Shown here: piece after piece, positions 26,187 through 43,030 of the stretch
Numbering within the stretch: the first letter of the stretch is position 1
Layout of the letters: every line of letters starts with the position of its first letter
Assembly (NCBI GenBank): GCA_965112735.1
Contig: OZ218956.1
Coordinates: 2,108,001-2,172,000 of the forward strand
Source: Phaeosaccion multiseriatum
Taxonomy: Eukaryota; Protista; Ochrophyta, other classes
Direction: 5' to 3'
Length of the DNA: 64,000 nt
Made by a program: the position numbers and the translations under genes
The notes under the pieces: model-generated
Told to the model about the DNA's origin: nothing
Databases searched by the model: none
The model's input: the letters and a program-made list of their open reading frames with translations, nothing else

Positions 26187-26779
26187 TGCTGCTGCTGGCT
26201 GTTGGGACGAAATTAGTAGAGCAGTAGTAGACCTCTCCGTACTGCTAGGCAGTGCATTTCTTTTGCTTTTTAAGGAAGTAGGAAGCGTGGCAAAGCCAAC
26301 ACTGTCGGTTTAGCACTCAAACCCTAACCCTTGTAGCTGAGTCTGTCTTTTGTTCCTCAGACCTACACTGATGTGATGCTATTATTGCTCATATCTTGAT
26401 AATGTTGATTTGCTGATCGCAGGGCCTCAAGGAGGGAGATGGGCTGGAGCTCGGCAACATCATTAACTTCGCTCTCTTCGCATGGATCTTTTACCTGGTG
26501 AGTGGCGTCCCACGGCTTGCGCTGCAGGAGAGGGCGGGCATTCGCTGTTTTGAGCCCTCATGGCTGTCTGAAGTGTGATGCGGTGTATGAATGGCTTGGC
26601 TCCCTTCACCCCTCAACATCTCACGCCGAGCCTGGCACCCACTAATGTCTTCTTCTTCCTCCTCCTCCTCCTCCTCCTCCTCCTCCTCCTCCTCCTCCTC
26701 TCCATACAACATGAAACAGGTGGCTGACTCCGCAAGGATACTTATTTCTGGCGCCGCGGGCCCCCCACCTACCCCCTAG
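25677..26779 (+). CDS. Small plastid-targeted protein with a C-terminal transmembrane helix, function unknown
   Basis: Bipartite leader MRVVAATCLFLGVLSTAVA-FHIVVP. Approximate exons 25677-26100, 26423-26497 (GLELGNIINFALFAWIFYL), 26721-26779. Confidence 0.7.
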
Positions 26780-27587
26780 AGAGGGCGCGAGAGGGAAGGG
26801 AAATGGAAGCGCGAGGGGACGGGTGGAACGGGCGAGAGACGGTGCGAACCTCCCTGCAGGAGCAGGCAGAGATGGCCACATGCCAACTACAAGACAGGGG
26901 GTTGGGGCGGAATAACCCGTTCTCTCTTTTCCTTGAGCCTGTGCTGAAACAGCCGGATTCGAGATACAGTATGATATAAACACTGCATAAATGCCTCCCT
27001 TCTCTGCTAGACTAGAAAAAACATGGGGGGTGGTAAATGGTTTAACTTGGAAGGAACAGGTCCTCTCTTTCTTTAAGTTGGGGCTTAGTACTCCAGTACT
27101 ATAAGGAACAATGATAAATGATATATTCAAAGGCAAGAGCGGGGGGCAAGAGAAAGGAGGAGTCGTCCGTCCACTCGCAGCGGAGCATGCGTCCTTTACG
27201 CTTTCCTCACTCACTCCCTCGCTCAATACTCATGCATTCTCACTACTGTGGCCAGTGGCGTCTCGAGGGTGGGGCCAACAGGTAAGACAGTAAGAGGTTC
27301 ACCAGCCCAGCCTCAGCCCAGCCTCAGCTCACTCGTGTGCTACCCTCGAGCACGGTGTTTCATGTATATTTGTAGACCGTTCAGGATTGGGGAGAGTATC
27401 ACCAACTGCTGAGGGTTCTTTTGACTCCTCTCCCTGCAGCCGCCTTTCCCGACCCCCACGAAGATACTTTCATTTTTAAGGTCTTCCTCGATCCCTCCTC
27501 TCCCCCTCGCATGTACCTCTCCTACGACGCACCTTGGCCAAACACGGGTACACAAGGGAGCGAAGCCGAGAGAATAGAGCGGTGATC

Positions 27588-28610
27588 ATGGACTTGCAGG
27601 GCATTAATATCGGAACACCCTCGTCGAGTGGGGAGGATGCCCAGCCCGTGAATGACCAAAAGAGGGTTTGCACCCCCGCAGCTGCGGCGATGCTTTGCTG
27701 CCTCTGCCTGTGCCTCGCGATCTGGGGATCCGTCATGACGGGTCTGTACGCCTCGAAGCTGGGGGGTTGTGGAGGCTTTGTGTGCCCCGAGGACTGCCTC
27801 TGCACCGTGGATGACTTCATCGCTGCGCTCTCGTCGACACAAGAAGGCGAGGAGGCCATTCTCGACCGCCCGGCGTGCGTGGGCGACAACTTGATGGGTG
27901 CCGTAATCTCGGTATCAAGTGGGGGGGACTTGCCCGTGGATTTGAAGTGGGCCGGTCGCGGGAGAAGGATTGCGTTCGTCGCCGGCAGGGAGCTCCTTGA
28001 GAGAGCGCTTGTCTTCGGCAGGTACGACACGGTCTCGCTGCTTGAAACGATTGGCTACGGCGAAAACCCGACGCTCGGGGACAACAACTACTACATCCTC
28101 GTCTTCGAGAGGCCGGAGGATGTGCAGAGGGGCTACTGGTCGCACTTGGACAACATCTTAAGGACGACATACGGCGATTTGACGCCCGATGTGAGCGAGG
28201 CCGTTGTGGCATTGACCGAGGAGAGTTTCGAGGGGGGCACTGGTTGCACTAGCATGCCGGCCTGGAGTCCAGACGGGGTCAATGCGTCCATGTGTGGTGA
28301 GTGCTTTCAAGATGCCTTGCTGCGCTTCGAGCCTGAGGACTGCACGGGACTGGATGCTGATTCGCCCCGCTATTCGATTCACGCTGACTGCCCGGCTGAG
28401 GAGGCCTTCTTGTCGACAAAAGAGACGGGGATTTCGGCTTGTGAGCTCAGGGCCTACCTCTATCAGACGCAGGGCTTCTTTTACGAATACACAGGCTATG
28501 GTTACACTGCAAACGATTATAAAGATCCTCTCGTGCCTGAGTACTGGCTCGCGAACCGGAAGATCGCCGAGCTCAAGAACGCCGAGTTCATGCAGTTGTA
28601 CAATGAGTAG
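27588..28610 (+). CDS. Intronless hypothetical single-pass membrane protein with a Cys-rich, acidic globular domain
   Basis: About 340-aa ORF with normal codon complexity and no microsatellite. TM AAAMLCCLCLCLAIWGSVMTGLY; C-terminal LRAYLYQTQGFFYEYTGYGYT..PEYWLAN. Confidence 0.75.
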   Translation: MDLQGINIGTPSSSGEDAQPVNDQKRVCTPAAAAMLCCLCLCLAIWGSVMTGLYASKLGGCGGFVCPEDCLCTVDDFIAALSSTQEGEEAILDRPACVGDNLMGAVISVSSGGDLPVDLKWAGRGRRIAFVAGRELLERALVFGRYDTVSLLETIGYGENPTLGDNNYYILVFERPEDVQRGYWSHLDNILRTTYGDLTPDVSEAVVALTEESFEGGTGCTSMPAWSPDGVNASMCGECFQDALLRFEPEDCTGLDADSPRYSIHADCPAEEAFLSTKETGISACELRAYLYQTQGFFYEYTGYGYTANDYKDPLVPEYWLANRKIAELKNAEFMQLYNE

Positions 28611-28823
28611 CTCTAGGACGAGGGAGGGGAGGAAGCTCTGGGAGGAGGGAGGGGAGGAAGGGTCTTCCTCGCCGCCTTATACTTCCCTGGCCTTCTGCGA
28701 GGGAAGCGCATGCGTCACGCAAGGCCTTCATTTGTGAAGAGCGCAGTGCACAGAGCCCCACCTTTGAGCTCCCCATGCCGCTCTCCGCAGAGCGCCCGCC
28801 CCCACCCTCCACCCTCACCCCCA

Positions 28824-28987
28824 TCACCACCACCACCACCACCACCACCACCACTATCACCACCACCACCACAACCATCACCACCACCACCACCACCATC
28901 ACCACCACCACCACCACCACCACCACCACCACCACCACCACCACCACCACCACCACCACCACCACCACCACCACCACCACCACCACC
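28824..28987. repeat. (CAC)n microsatellite
   Basis: Direct reading. Confidence 0.95.
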
Positions 28988-29251
28988 TGCCTGCACCACG
29001 TGCAACACCTGCAGATGGGTGGAGTGCGAGCTCCCGTGAAGGCACCGGCGGCGGAGTTTGGGGGGGGGGGGGGGGGGCAGCAGGAGGGGTGGGGTGGGGG
29101 GCGAGGCGGGGGCGGCGGCTTGTGTGGATGTGAGGCTTTTGCCATTATTTTTGCGTGTGCGTGTGACTCGCTCGCTCGAGTATCTGTACTCAGTCAGGGG
29201 AACTATCTGCGCCTTCAAAGGGACAATGAGGTCGACCGTCGACCGTCGAAG

Positions 29252-29405
29252 TCGACAGCCGGCGCGCTATCCGCTATCGCCGGCGCCAGCCGGCTTTAGG
29301 GGGGGGGGGGGGTTGTGGGGGCGTGCTATCCGCTATCGGGTGGCCGATAGCGCGCTATCTATCTACAAATATCTACAATGTGGGCGATAATGTGTCAAGG
29401 GTCGA
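29252..29405 (+). mobile_element. MITE, degenerate copy with near-TSD TCGAAG / TGGAAG
   Basis: Same core and the 3' end AATGTGGGCGATAATGTGTCAAGGGTCGA; flanking hexamers 29246-29251 and 29406-29411 match at 5 of 6 positions. Confidence 0.7.
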
Positions 29406-29619
29406 TGGAAGGGAACGTACGTACTACCTTACGTAACGCATTACAAAGCACCGTTACGGAACGCATTACGAAAAATTGCTCTTCTCCTTTCTTTTACCAG
29501 TGCTTGGCCCCCTCGGAGGTGCAAAAGCAAAATTTGGCGCAAGCAATGGCCAAACAAGGGGCATGGGGTTAGGAATTGCTTCTCGTGCAACAACGATTGC
29601 TGAATGGCCATCCCCATAA

Positions 29620-32600
29620 ATGTATGATGAACGAGAACGACGACGACGAGGAGGAGAAGGAGGAGGAGGAGGAGGAGGAGGAGGAGGAGGAGGAGGAGGA
29701 GGAGAAACTGCGGAGGATCTCCCTCGCCATGCCGCTGAATGGACAAAAGAGGTCGAGGATGGCATCAGTGAGTCATCAGAGCCTCGCAAAGACGTCGGTA
29801 TCCATGTGAAGGCTACCATGGGTGCGGAGGGTAATGGTTGGAGCCGAATGCATGGCGGTGATCAGGATGGCGGTGATCAGGGGAAAATTCTCCCGAGGTA
29901 CTCCTCCTGGAGAGATGAGCTTCCCGCCCTTCAGAGGTTGGCCCGCCCCATTGTTCTTACCAGTGCGCTTTCCTATGGTCTCGGTGTCACTGACATGGTA
30001 AGTACGTCTTCTTTCCACTTTCCGTCCCCGTCATATCTCTTCCTCTGTCATCTCTCCTCCTGGTGCTACCCGCTCTCCCGCCCCCCTCCCATCGCCTCCT
30101 CCTTTCCCTCCTGCGCTCTCTCGCCCCTCCCCTCTGTCTCCTCAGGTCCTGGTGGGTCAGATGCTGGGCGCGGAAGATGTCGCCGTTGTTGGTCTAGCCA
30201 ACTCCCTCTACAATGTCGCCTACAGCTTCCTCATGGGCGTGGCCACTGCACAAGATACTCTGAGCAGTCAGAGCTTCGGCGCTGGCAATCACGCCGCCGG
30301 ATTGGCATGGGGCTTCACCTCCCTCGTGGTGCTCTCTGGCCTCGGCCTCGTTTGCGCAGTCGTCCTGTGGTACTCGGACGTTATGGCCTTCTCCATCATG
30401 CAGCAGACGGAGGATGCCTCTCAACGGGTCGCCTTGTTTTGCAGGTACACTCCTTTGTGCGAGCCTTCTGTTCCGTCCCGCTGAGCGAGAGGGCTTAAAA
30501 CATCTGAGATGGAAACTCGACCTTCCCTCTCCCCCTCTCTCCCTCCTCCCTCCCTCTACTCTCAACCCCCGCCCGCCCCCCCCCCTCCCCCCCCCTCCCT
30601 CCCTGTGCGCTGGTGCTCTACTGTCGGCTCTCTCGCCCTTCTCTCCCTCCCCTTTTTACACTAAGACTGTTGATTCTTAGCCTCCCTCCTCTCGTTTGGT
30701 CAAGGCCACTACAAAAGGTACGACGTGTGGTCGAGTACTGCGATTTTCGTCTGCCGTCCGGCTCGCTGCTCGTACAGCTCAGTGCCTCAAGAGGCCGAGA
30801 GTTGAGCCATCACGTCGGAGGTCGCTGAGGGGCTTGCCACCCTCTCGCCTTACACCTACGTACCTCTCTCTCTTCCCTCTCCTAGTCCTCACCTCTGTGC
30901 CCCCCCTCCTTGTGGTTCCCTCCTCCCTCGCCCCCTGCTCCTGTCCCCACCCACTGCGAAACCGGACTTACACACTCGCACCTGTCAGGCATTGCAGGCT
31001 CGCAATATCGTTCGACCTCCCTTAATCATGGGTTCCATTGCCTTCTTCTTCAACGCTTTGTTGAGCTACTCACTTATCAAATCCTTCGGCCTTGCAGGCG
31101 CGCCCATCGCCACGTCAATCAGCAGATGGCTGCAGCTGTTCATGGTGGCAGGGTACTGGTGGTGGAACCGGGACTCACTCCTCCTCCCGCCACCACCACC
31201 CACGCAACCACAATCGCCACCATCCTCCTCCTCCTCCCCCTCCTCTACGTCGTGGAAAAGAGGCGATATTGAGCTGGACGGGGCGGTGGAGGCCGTCGGA
31301 GAAGCAAGAGGAGAAGACGCGGAAGAGAAGCAAGAGGAAACCCCTAACGGGAGGGAGGAAGCCTCGCAGAAGAATGCACAGGATGCTGGCCGTGGTGGAC
31401 CGAATCACGAGGACGGAGTGGTTGGGGAGGGCAATCGAGAGAAGACTGCCAGACTGTTCGAGCTGCGATGCTCTCTGCGTAGCAACAGCAGCGGCAGCGG
31501 CCGCAACTGCAGCATCAACAAGATACTGCGGGCGGCCATGGCAGCCTCTGTGACCAAGGCCAGCCTTGCCACCTTTCTGAGCTTGGGCGTGGCGGGGGGC
31601 GTGATGCTGTCGCTGGAGCACCTCTCCTTCGAGCTTCTGACGGTCTTCGCAGGGATTTTATCCACAGACAAGTTGGATGCTCACTTGGGTAAGTGTGGCT
31701 GGCATGATGCAGTGTACCCAGATCAAACTACACTCGAGAGCTTACCCCCCCCCCCCCACCTCCCTCGCCTCCCCCGCCCCACCCCCGCTACGCCTTGCCC
31801 AGCCCTCGTGACTGTGGTGTCTTTCAATGAGGCCTGTGTGCCTTTTGGCATGTCCGTCGCGGCCACAATTCACATTGGCAACTTGCTGGGTAGGGGTGAG
31901 CCCCAGCGGGCGCGGAACGCCTCCATGGTCGTCGTCTCCATTACTTTTCTTTACATGCTGGTGTGCTCGATGCTGTTGATGGCGTTTCGCGACGATGTGG
32001 GAGAGCTCATTGTGTCCGACGACCGCGTGCTTGAGCTGGTGTCCAGGATCGTCCCCCTTGGGGCTCTAAATCAATTAGTAGAGGCCATCCAGGCAGCCAC
32101 CACTGGCGTGCTCAGGTGGGTTGATTGGTGCTTGGCGTGCTTTGGACACGCTGGGGAGGGGTAGGGTAGCTAGTATACTGCGCTTGCTCGCCTAAGCCTC
32201 GAGCGTGGTCTTTGCTCAACACTACTAGTATCTGCCGTACCCACCACCTTTTATATATCTCGCTTCGCTAACCCCTCCGTTACTGCCTCACCCACCGCTA
32301 CACTTCCATCTCTCGTTTTGCAGAGCAATGGGCGCTCAAAGCTTTGTGCTCTTTGCCAACTTGGGCGGCTTTTGGCTTGTTGGAGTCAGGTGCGTGATGC
32401 GCCCTCGCCAGCTCTAGGCTAGTCCCGGGCAGTATAGCTACTTTGCGTGCCTCCTCACCCGCCCTCCCTCTACCTACCTACTTACCTACCTACCTACCTA
32501 CCTACCTCCCTCCCTCCCTATCTACCTACCTCCCTCCCTCCCTCCCTACCTACCTACCTACCTACCTACCTACCTACCTACCTACCTACCTACCCAGCCT

Positions 32601-32901
32601 GGCCGCCTACCTCGCTTTTGGGGTTGGCTTGAGTCTGCAGGGCCTTTGGGTGGGCCTGTGCGCTGGTGTGACTGTGACTGCGATCGTGATGTCCCTCAAG
32701 CTCTGTCGGGCCGACTGGGAGGAAGAGAGTCGGCGGGCCATACGCAACGCTTGTCAGATTGAGTCGTCGGAGTCCGAGTCGGAGGAGAAGTCGGTGCCGG
32801 ACGAGAAGGTGGCGGCAGACGATGCACGTGGCGGAACAGAGGAGGAAGTGCGAGAAGAGTCGACACGCGCTGCCGCCCGCAATGACACAGACCTCTTGTG
32901 A
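29620..32901 (+). CDS. MATE family efflux transporter (eukaryotic type)
   Basis: RDELPALQRLARPIVL, VGQMLGAEDVAVVGLANS, MGVATAQDTLSSQSFGAG, LQARNIVRP, MLSLEHLSFELLTVFAG, PFGMSVAATIHIGNLLGRGEP, TGVLRAMG, LQGLWVGL..ADWEEES. Multi-exon; start uncertain (alternative 29818). Confidence 0.92.
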
Positions 32902-33769
32902 CTTGCTCTCTTGCTCTCTTGTGTGCTTCCTTTTCCCTTCCCTGGCTTGTGCGAGGTGGTTTCTCTTGTTGAAATACACCTAGCTAACGTGAGGGAGAGA
33001 GAGAGAGAGGGAGAGGGAGGGCGCTTATTTGCGCATACGTGGCTGCTAGCGACTCCTTGTGTAGTGCTGCAGGGCCTGAAGGATGGAACATGCAAATAGA
33101 TAGGTCGATAGATGGATGGATAGATAGATAAAAATAGATAGAATAGAATGCGAATCGTTCTTTCACGCTTCGACCGATAGCCCCTGCTTACATTGACACT
33201 CGTGCCCACCAGTCCCCAAAGACCATCCGTCTACAATATCAATATCGGCTATTAACCCACCCGACCCGCTCAGCTCTTGGTCAAAGAAGCCCTTCAAGCT
33301 CTTCGTCGGCCCCTTTGCCGCCGCTGCCTCTCCACACGCCCGACTAGGGTCTGTGTGCTCCGGTCAAGCGGTAGTCTTGTAACGGACTGCTGGGCCACGC
33401 TCAGTGTCGAGGAGGGCAGTCAGTCAATGCTGGTACAAAGGACATCTTTCGTCCGCCCCTCCCCTTGCCTCGACGCACTGAAACTAAAAAAAAAGCAATC
33501 AGGGCATGGTCCGCGACTGACTGCGACTCGCTTCTGTTTTGGGGTGTTTTTGGTTTCAGTTTCCTGTCCTTACGACCTCTCGGTCTAGAGATTTATCAAT
33601 AATGTCATCTTATCGATAGTGCCGCTCGGGTGGGTTGTTTGTTCGCTCGCCATTTGCGTCTTTGCGTGGGGGGCTCTATTGCCACCCTCGCTCTCTCCCA
33701 CCTCCTTCCTTCCTTCACATGCTCCTCGCCCTGCATCTCTCCCTCCCACCCTCCCTCACTCTCTCTCTC

Positions 33770-33816
<47 letters not shown>

Positions 33817-33845
33817 ATGTACGGCCCCATTGTCCCATGCTGCTG

Positions 33846-39498
<5,653 letters not shown>

Positions 39499-40611
39499 GG
39501 GAAGGTGTGTGTGTGTGTGTGTGTGTGTCGCGGTGTGTCGATGTGTCTGTGCCTGTACGTATGAGTGTGTCTGTGAGTGCTAAAGAGTCGCCGCTCCCCT
39601 GCAGCGAGCTGGGAAGTCAGTCCCCTTCGCACGGTTCCTTTTGACGGCGTACGCTTGAGCCTGCTTGTGGTGTGCAAGTATAGGAAGGGAAGAGAAGAGA
39701 AGGGAAGGGAAGGAAATGGTTTTCTTGAGGAGTGCATCAGGCAGAGATTGGGGTATCAACCACAAGGTACGCACGAAAGTGACAGAGAATAGGGACACCT
39801 TGCTCCCTCTCCCACCCCTGTACCTGCTGCATCAATTACACAGTATCAAGACATTCCTCCGTTTTGGCAACTCGCTTGCTGGCTTGATGTACCACCTCCC
39901 TCTCCCTCTTGGCATTCTATTCGACTCTGTTCACACCTCTCCTTCCCATTACCCCTATTGGACTCGCACCCCACCCTCTCTCCCTTCCCACTACTCATCG
40001 TTGTTATTTTCCCTCTTCATGCCACCCGCTGCCCTCACTCCTTCATGTCTCTCCCTCCATCTTCCCAACCCCCCTTCCGTCCCTCTCTCTCTCTCTCTCC
40101 AGATTCAATGTGCTCTTCTCTCCCCTCTCCCCCACCCCCTCTCACTCCAAACCATAGCAGCGCGATGGCTTGATGGGCGACCTCATCGCTCGCCCCCTCC
40201 TCTCGAGTTCACGCACCTCAGGTGCTCCCAATGACAGCTCCAGTACCTCCGCCTAATCCCCCCGACTCACCGCTTTCGCGGTAGCAGGGGGGGAACTCTC
40301 GTCGCGAAGCCCGAGACAGGCTGCAGAGTCGCCCTCCGTTTGTCGATGCTACCGCTGCTGCCAGTTCCTACAGCCCTGAGCCTCCTCGTCCCTCCCACCT
40401 GCCCGATCCTGGGTACTCAGTCACCCTTTACTCTCCACTATGAAGGCGCTGGTATCTCCATGCCCTCTCCCTTCTTTTTGTGATATTTTTCTTTCTTGGG
40501 GTCTTGCTTTCTCTTGCCTCGCCCTCCCAACCGTTTCGTTTGCTGACTTATTCTCCAATTTCTTCATTACTTCGAAGTTTCTTCATTTAATTATGAAGAG
40601 GGGAGATAATA

Positions 40612-42996
40612 ATGAGTGACCATTACACGGCGCTGGGACTTACTTCGGTAAGGGAGCCTCTGCGGCCTCGCCTGCTTTTCGTCTTCCTATATATTTCCTC
40701 CCTAATCAGTCCCTCTCTTTCTCTGGTCTCTCTCCATCTTCCTCTCTCTTCTCTCTCCTCTCTACCATCTCTCTCACTTCTATCCTCATAATCTCCTCTC
40801 TCTATCGATCCTGTCTCTCCTCTCTTTCCTCTCTCCTTTCCTTGCTCGATACGCTGTTCGATCTAGGCGAGCACCGCCACAGAGAGCGAGATCAAGAAGT
40901 CCTACCGCAAGCTTGCTCTCAAGTGGCATCCGGACAGGCATGCAAGCCGTAAGCTTCAGCCGGCACTCCTCAGAGAAGTACGTGGAGTGAGGGGGCGGGG
41001 AGAGAAGGGGAGAGAGAGAGAGGGAGAGAGAAGGACAGAAAGAGGGGGAGATGTGGAGCTAGGGAGAGGGAGAAGAGATAGATAGAGAGAGAGAAGAGAG
41101 CGATCGGAGAGAAAGAGAGAAACAGGAGAGAGGGTGAAGAGAAGGGAGAAATGATTAAGTGAGAAAGAGAGGGAGGGGAGGAGGAGGGAGAGGAGAGGAG
41201 AGAGTGAAGAGGAGAGAGACGTAGAGGAGAGAGAGGGGGGGGGAGAGAAGGAGAGAGGGAGAGGGACTGAGAAGGGCAGAAAGAGGGGAAGATGTGGAGC
41301 TAGGGAGAGAGAGAGAAGAGAGAGTGAAGAAGGAAGGGGGAAATGCAGAGGTGAGAAAGAGAGGGAGGGGGAGGGGTGAAGCAGAGGTGAGAAGTGAGAG
41401 AGAGGAGAATGACGAGAGAGAGAGGAGGGAGATGAATCAATGGATTTAGGGGCGAATTGGCATTGCCTCTCGAAAGCTCCTATCCCCTTTCATGTTCTCT
41501 CACCCCTTCCTCCGTCGTCACCTGCTTGCGTCCCTCCCTGCCCATTGCGACATTCTGTCCTTCCGCCCCTGGCCTTGGGCCCCACCCCTCCGCCTCCTCT
41601 TGCCTTTTCTCTCACTCCCTCCCGCCCTTCTATCCTGCCGTCCAGGTGTCCGGCCGCTTTCAGCAGATCCACGCGGCCTACAGCGTGCTCTCGGACCCTC
41701 GAAGGAAGTCCGCATACGACTTACAGCTCATAGCGCGGCAGCAGCAGCAGGCACGTGGGCAGCAGCAGCAGCAGCAGCAGCAGCAGCCGACGCAGGCACA
41801 GCAGCAGCAGGACACCCACCCCGGCGGCGGCAACGGCCGTAGCAGCAGTAACAATGGACGGCGTGTGCCAGTGAGTCCGAGTCCTCGACCACCCCACCGG
41901 AGCTCTGGGCAGTGCTACAAGAGCAGCAGCAGACACTACAGGTCCGCCTCCGCCTCCGCCTCCATCGGCAGCCGTTACTCCGGCAACTACGGCCAGCACA
42001 ACAACACCAGCACCAGCACCAGCACAAAGGCGAGGAGCTTCTCAGTCTCTGGAGAGCGCGGCCCTGCCCCTCCTCGCCATCGTCGCAGTAGTAGTGCCGG
42101 CAGCGGCGGCGTAGCAGGCAGTGGTGGAAAGGACAGCAGCAGCAGCAGCAGCAGCAGGAGCAACCATCCCAATGGCAGGGGTGGCGACGAGGGCGGGAAA
42201 GGAGAAGCAAGTGGTGGCCTCGATGAGAGGGGTGGGGGGGACGGCGACGGCCTCACAACTGGCGACGGCGGTGGCGAGGCCTGTGCAGGGGCGGTGCGAG
42301 TAGAACAGGCGCCTTCCTCCACCATATCGCATCCCCCTTCCCACCCCCACGCCCATCCTTCCAGCAGCTCTTCGTTCACTTCATTCTCACCTTTTGCCGA
42401 CGTGAGCGCTGACGACATCTCCAAGGCGAGGGGCAAGGCATGGCGTCAGAGTGACACGAGCACCAAGGGCAGGGACAGGAGGGGCAGGGGCATGGGGAAG
42501 GGGGGAAGGGGGGGCGAGGGGTCGAGGGGCGGGGCTGAGGCTGAGGCTGCTGCGTGTCCTTCTATGCCACCTGCTACAGGGCCTGCAGGAGCCGGTACCG
42601 GTGGAGGCGATGTTGCTGTATCACCAACTGGTGGTGGTGGTGGTGCTGCTGCTGCTGGGGGGGAAGGGAGAGGGGGAGGGTATGATGATGACGGAGCGGA
42701 CGAAGGTCAGACTGGAACAGGGGGCGAACAACAAGGCCAGGAGGGCGGCGGGGGGGGGGGAAGGGAAGGGCCCGAAGGATCACACTTGGCAGCAGCAGGA
42801 GAGGGGCGACGCCAGGGTTGGAGCGAGTGCCAAGCATCAGGGCCAGGGGCAGGGGCAGGGGCAGCAGGAGGAGGAGCAGGAGGAGCAGATGGCTCCACCA
42901 AGGAGCCTGTCCAGTGTGGCTTAGCAAGCGCCGCCTCTGCTCTCCCTTCGAAGCGAGAGACTCGACCTCCTGCAGCAGTAGCAGTTGGTGATACAA

Positions 42997-43030
<34 letters not shown>

